Assembly: GCA_963737155.1 (NCBI GenBank)
Contig: CAVTRN010000001.1
Coordinates: 224,001 to 288,000, forward strand
Length of the DNA stretch: 64,000 bases
Direction of reading: 5' to 3'
DNA from: Nitrospirota bacterium
GTDB taxonomy: Bacteria > Nitrospirota > UBA9217
Under the pieces are notes generated by a model that was given only the letters and a program-made list of their open reading frames with translations, made no database searches and was not told where the DNA came from. This document shows, one piece after another, positions 59,777-64,000 of the stretch. The position numbers and the translations under genes are program-made. How positions within the stretch are numbered: the first letter of the stretch is position 1; the number at the start of each line of letters is the position of its first letter.

Positions 59777-60712
59777 ATGGCGTTTTATATTTTTAAAAGA
59801 CTCCTCCTGTTCATCCCGACACTCCTCGGCATTACCCTCATTACTTTCTTCCTGATGCATTCCCTGCCCGGCGACCCGGCAACAAGTATGCTCGGGGAAC
59901 GGGCTTCGCCGGAAACTGTCGCACGCATTCGCGCCGAACTGGGTCATGATAAACCCTTGGCTCGCCAATATTTCGGATATCTGAAGCTTATAGCAGCCGG
60001 CGAACTCGGACGATCATTGCACACCCAGCGAAAAGTCGCCGATGATCTATTGCAAAAATTTCCGAACACCCTCAAGCTCGCCCTGGCAGCCATGCTCTTT
60101 GCATCGTTTTTCGGCATTGCCATAGGCATCTTTTCAGCAACCCATCGCGGTTCTGCGTGGGACCGGATTTTAACGCTCCTCTGTGTGGGCGGCATTTCCA
60201 TCCCCGTTTTCTGGCTGGGGCTGGCTCTCATGCTCGTCTTCGCTTTTTATTTTCGGTGGTTTCCACCAGCCGGTATGGGCAACGGCAATCTGAACTATAT
60301 CGTACTGCCCGCGATCACACTCGGCACCTTTTCCCTGGCCTACATAGCACGCGTGACCCGCTCGTCCATGCTTGAGTCGCTGTCCCAACCCTACATCGCA
60401 GCGGCCCGGGCCAAGGGGTTACCGGAAGGCGTTGTCGTGTTAAAACACGCGCTGAAGAATTCCATGATCCCCGTTGTCACTCTCATCGGCCTTGACCTCG
60501 GATCCTATTTAAACGGTGCAGTGCTCACAGAAACCATATTCGGATGGGACGGGCTCGGGCGTTATGCGCTCGACGGAATCACCAAGCGGGATTACCCGGT
60601 GATCATGGGCGTTGTGCTCTTCAGTGCGGTCCTGTTCGTAACTCTGAACCTGCTTGTAGACATCTCATATACGTTCCTTGATCCGCGGGTTCGCGTGAAG
60701 GAGGAACAGTAG
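59777..60712 (+). CDS. Peptide/nickel ABC transporter permease (DppB/OppB-like)
   Basis: LPGDPA, ARAKGL EAA loop, ETIFGWDGLG, DPRV. Confidence 0.93.
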   Translation: MAFYIFKRLLLFIPTLLGITLITFFLMHSLPGDPATSMLGERASPETVARIRAELGHDKPLARQYFGYLKLIAAGELGRSLHTQRKVADDLLQKFPNTLKLALAAMLFASFFGIAIGIFSATHRGSAWDRILTLLCVGGISIPVFWLGLALMLVFAFYFRWFPPAGMGNGNLNYIVLPAITLGTFSLAYIARVTRSSMLESLSQPYIAAARAKGLPEGVVVLKHALKNSMIPVVTLIGLDLGSYLNGAVLTETIFGWDGLGRYALDGITKRDYPVIMGVVLFSAVLFVTLNLLVDISYTFLDPRVRVKEEQ

Positions 60713-60732
60713 GAACACGGCACTGACAAGTT

Positions 60733-61578
60733 ATGGTGAATACTCTATCTCTCAAAGACCTGATTGGCAATAAACCGGCATTGACCGCGGCGATTCTGCT
60801 CCTTATTCTAACATTCACCGCGCTCGTCGGGCCGGCCCTTATCAAGTACGCAAAACTGGACCCTCTTGCCATGGACCTGGACAGTCTCAAGCAGCCTCCT
60901 AGCTGGCATCACCTCCTCGGCACGGACAGCACGGGTAGAGATATTCTGGCCCGGCTCGTGTACGGCGCCCGCATATCACTCTCCGTCGGCGTGCTGGCTT
61001 CCATTCTTTCGCTCGTCATTGGAATCTTTTTCGGACTCATCGCTGGTTATTTTGGCGGCAGGGTAGACACCGTCCTGTCGCAGCTTTTCGACATCTTCCT
61101 GGCCTTTCCGAGTCTTTTGCTCGCTATCGGCATCAGCGCGGTAATGTCTCCGGGGCTCACTTCCGCCATGCTCGCGATTACGCTGGTGGGATGGGCCGGT
61201 TTCGCGCGGCTTGTCCGGGGCGTTACCCTCTCGCTCAAGAAGCAAACTTACGTGGAAGCGTCCCGGGCAATGGGCGCATCCCCGGCAAGAATCTTGTACA
61301 AGCACATCCTGCCGAACACACTTCCCCTTCTGCTCGTGGCAGGCAGCTTGCGGGTGGGCGGGTTCATTCTCCTTGAAGCCGCGCTTTCATTCCTCGGACT
61401 CGGCATCCAGCCTCCTACCCCCACGTGGGGGTCGATGATCAGTCTGAGCCGCGCGTACGTCACCTCGTCGCCGTGGATGGTAATCTTTCCCGGCCTTGCC
61501 ATCAGCATCACCGTGATTAGCTTTAACATTCTCGGCGACTACCTGCGGGACAGGCTTGACCCGAGAATGCAGATTTAA
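60733..61578 (+). CDS. Peptide/nickel ABC transporter permease (DppC/OppC-like)
   Basis: HLLGTDSTGRD, YVEASRAMGA, SFLGLG, DRLDPR. Confidence 0.93.
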   Translation: MVNTLSLKDLIGNKPALTAAILLLILTFTALVGPALIKYAKLDPLAMDLDSLKQPPSWHHLLGTDSTGRDILARLVYGARISLSVGVLASILSLVIGIFFGLIAGYFGGRVDTVLSQLFDIFLAFPSLLLAIGISAVMSPGLTSAMLAITLVGWAGFARLVRGVTLSLKKQTYVEASRAMGASPARILYKHILPNTLPLLLVAGSLRVGGFILLEAALSFLGLGIQPPTPTWGSMISLSRAYVTSSPWMVIFPGLAISITVISFNILGDYLRDRLDPRMQI

Positions 61579-61623
61579 AGACAAACATTTTTTTCGCAAG
61601 CGAGCGGCAGCACGGATATTACC

Positions 61624-64000
61624 ATGAAACTCGTCACTATCGCGATCCGCGATTTCGCGCTGCCGGTTCCCAAGACCGGCAGCATTGAGGCTCATTCGGG
61701 CTACGGCCGCGCGGCCATAGAGGGCCGTGAAATTCATACCCGCGTTCAGCGCCATCGAGCAAAGTCCGATCCTTCCTACGAATCGGAAGTTCCGATCAAC
61801 GGCTCTTTCGACAGAGAGGGGTACCGCTTCCTGATCGAGGGGAGGATGGACGGGATTTTCCGGCACGAACTTCCGAGGATTGAGGAAATTAAATCGGGTT
61901 TTGATATCCGACAGCTTGCGGGCCGGCTTTCCGCTGACCCGATGGGCCACCCTTATTGCCTGCAGCTCCGGACCTATGGCTACTTATACTGGATCGAACA
62001 CAAGATTGTGCCCAAGCTGTCCTTTCATCTTGTATCATCCCGCAATGGAGCATCAAAGAATATCGAGCAAACACTCGATCTCGTGGTTTATGAGAATTGG
62101 CTGGAGGCGCGGCTTGGCGAGCTTGCTGAGGAAGCCAGAAAAGCCGAAAAGCGCGCCAGCCGCCGAAAAAAAATTGCATCTGCTTTTGCTTTCCCCTTTG
62201 AAAACCCCCGGCCGGGCCAGACCGAGCTCATCAATGCGATTGAACAGGGAATGAGCGAAAAAAGCAGGATGCTGTTTCAAGCCCCCACCGGGCTCGGGAA
62301 GACCGCAGGAGTCCTCTATCCCGTACTCAAGGAGGCATTAAGCCGCGGACAGACAGTCTTCTATGTTACGCCGAAAAACAGCCAACACTCTGTTGCTGAA
62401 GACGTTGTAAAGCGGTTCCACAAAACAGGCGCAAACGTCAAATCCCTCTCCATCACTGCAAAAGGCAAGATCTGCTTCAAGAACGAACCGCTCTGCAATC
62501 CAGAATACTGCGAATACAGCCGCGATTACTATGCCAAAGTACACAAGCATGGGATTCTGGACATGCTCGCGAAGAAGAGAAAGCTGACGGCGCGCATCTT
62601 TCGCGAGCTGGCTGAAATATATGAGGTCTGCCCTTTTGAGCTCCAACTCGACGGGGCGCGGGAAGCGGACACCGTGATCTGCGATTATAACTACGTTTTT
62701 GCTCCACGGTCGGCCTTGAGACGATTGCCAATGATCACTATCGACCAGTCGGGAAAACCCAACCTCCTGATCGATGAATTTCATAATCTTCCTTCTCGCG
62801 CCATGGACTACTATTCCCCTTCGGTCTCAAGTATCACCCTCGAATTGATGCGGGGCGAGATCGGCAAGATCGCTCCCCGGTTTCGAATCGAGGCCGAAGA
62901 GCTACTCGACGGCTGTATTCAGTCCATTAGTTTCTGCAAGCCTTATGCATGTTCCAAGCCGGTCCAGATCAATCCGCCGGCGGACACCTTTCTTGAGCAG
63001 GACTCAAAACTCCATGCGTTTCTTTCCCGTTACCTCGAATCGGACGCCGAGATCAAACCGCACGATGTTGTTCTCAGGCTGTCCTTTTACTGGTCCGAAT
63101 TCACCGAAGCACTTAAGTACACCGAAGATCCCGATGTCCGTGAATTTTTTGTTACGTTTCACCCCCATCCGACCGGCGGCATCGTAAAGATTACATGCTG
63201 CGACGCTTCCACCATGCTGAAGGATTGCTATGGCGAGTACGAGCACACTGTGGGCTTCTCGGCAACACTAAAACCCTTTGACTACTACGCGAGGCTGTCC
63301 GGACTAGATCTAGCTGCCGTGCGAACAGCCGAATTCCCGAGCCCTTTTCCCCGCGAGCAGCGCAAACTTCTGATTATCCCTCAGATTTCGACGAAATATA
63401 CGGATCGCGAATGCAATTACGCCAGGATTTCCGATGCTATCCAGAAAATAACCGCATTACAGCGGGGGAATTATTTTGCCTTCTTCCCGAGTTTCGCGTT
63501 CCTGGAAAGGATTCATGAAATATTCCGACCGCCTGTTGGATTTGTTGTTCTAAAGCAGGAACGGGAAATGAAGGTTTCCCGCGTTGAGGCTATACTGGCT
63601 CATCTCCATGGCCGGACATCCCCCACAATCCTTTTCGCGGTACAGGGGGGCATTTTTTCGGAGGGAATGGACTATCCGGGGGAGATTATAATAGGCGCGT
63701 TCGTAATCGGGCCTCCGCTTCCGAATTACGATCTTGAACGCGAACTGATGCGGCAGTATTACCAGCAGCGTTACAGCGCGGGCTTTGATTATGCTTATAC
63801 GTTTCCTGCAATGGCAAAAGCCGTTCAGGCAGCGGGAAGAGTCATTCGTTCCGAAACGGACCGCGGCCTTATCGTTTTGATGGATGGTCGTTTTATACAA
63901 CCGGGGTATGCTCGCTCCCTGCCCGCGGACTGGTTCGAATCGCGTATAAGCGAACTGCTTTCAAACAGTATTTTGAAAGATATATCAGAATTCTGGCAGC
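61624..64000 (+). CDS. DinG/XPD-family Fe-S helicase with N-terminal PD-(D/E)xK nuclease domain; runs off the right edge and is absent from the ORF track
   Basis: ATG 61624; GREIH...EGRMDG...IEEIKS...QLRTY nuclease motifs; RPGQ Q-motif; APTGLGKT; four Fe-S Cys (KICF..LCNPEYC..VCPF); IDEFHN; FFPSF; QAAGRVIR. Confidence 0.92.
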   Translation, partial: MKLVTIAIRDFALPVPKTGSIEAHSGYGRAAIEGREIHTRVQRHRAKSDPSYESEVPINGSFDREGYRFLIEGRMDGIFRHELPRIEEIKSGFDIRQLAGRLSADPMGHPYCLQLRTYGYLYWIEHKIVPKLSFHLVSSRNGASKNIEQTLDLVVYENWLEARLGELAEEARKAEKRASRRKKIASAFAFPFENPRPGQTELINAIEQGMSEKSRMLFQAPTGLGKTAGVLYPVLKEALSRGQTVFYVTPKNSQHSVAEDVVKRFHKTGANVKSLSITAKGKICFKNEPLCNPEYCEYSRDYYAKVHKHGILDMLAKKRKLTARIFRELAEIYEVCPFELQLDGAREADTVICDYNYVFAPRSALRRLPMITIDQSGKPNLLIDEFHNLPSRAMDYYSPSVSSITLELMRGEIGKIAPRFRIEAEELLDGCIQSISFCKPYACSKPVQINPPADTFLEQDSKLHAFLSRYLESDAEIKPHDVVLRLSFYWSEFTEALKYTEDPDVREFFVTFHPHPTGGIVKITCCDASTMLKDCYGEYEHTVGFSATLKPFDYYARLSGLDLAAVRTAEFPSPFPREQRKLLIIPQISTKYTDRECNYARISDAIQKITALQRGNYFAFFPSFAFLERIHEIFRPPVGFVVLKQEREMKVSRVEAILAHLHGRTSPTILFAVQGGIFSEGMDYPGEIIIGAFVIGPPLPNYDLERELMRQYYQQRYSAGFDYAYTFPAMAKAVQAAGRVIRSETDRGLIVLMDGRFIQPGYARSLPADWFESRISELLSNSILKDISEFWQ

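Noticed and set aside
23217-61578. Numerous 60-270 aa overlapping ORFs in the core region
   Set aside because: They are alternative-frame or antisense shadows of well-supported housekeeping genes in GC-rich DNA.
61624-64000. Type IV CRISPR-associated DinG
   Set aside because: No cas genes or repeat-spacer array seen anywhere in the window; the architecture fits stand-alone XPD-like helicases.

Overview
Bacterial chromosomal window, probably Nitrospirota or a deltaproteobacteria-like lineage (inferred from gene content and order only). It has two halves. (1) About 1-23.2 kb is an accessory patchwork of mixed GC content. It holds the 3' part of an OmcA/MtrC-type multiheme cytochrome followed by a headless HiPIP fragment, plus rnhA, an HD-GYP protein, OsmC, an MFS transporter, an aldo-keto reductase, two YncE-like beta-propeller paralogues bracketing an IS200 and a low-GC recD2, and many decayed remnants (IS630, IS110, cupin, isochorismatase, a small membrane protein). 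It also has two attC-like relics and a tmRNA-like 3'-end fragment that looks like an att scar. (2) About 23.2-64 kb is mostly core genome: pepF, csp, tpx, acyl-CoA ligase, mreBCD-mrdA-rodA-radical SAM, a sigma54-type diguanylate cyclase, rng, panC, a ferritin-like gene, a PilZ pseudogene, a cyclophilin, argG-argH-lipoprotein-lysA-dapF-dapA-dapB-dsbC-FAH-dapL-folK-dNK, a peptide ABC permease pair, and a nuclease-fused DinG/XPD helicase running off the right edge. I saw no CRISPR array, rRNA or intact tRNA. No complete novel multi-gene system is demonstrated. The best leads are an LptM-like FN3 lipoprotein clustered with dsbC, a cyclophilin with two possible translation starts, the integron-cassette relics, and the cytochrome/HiPIP pair. 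All family calls come from motif recognition by eye, not database searches.
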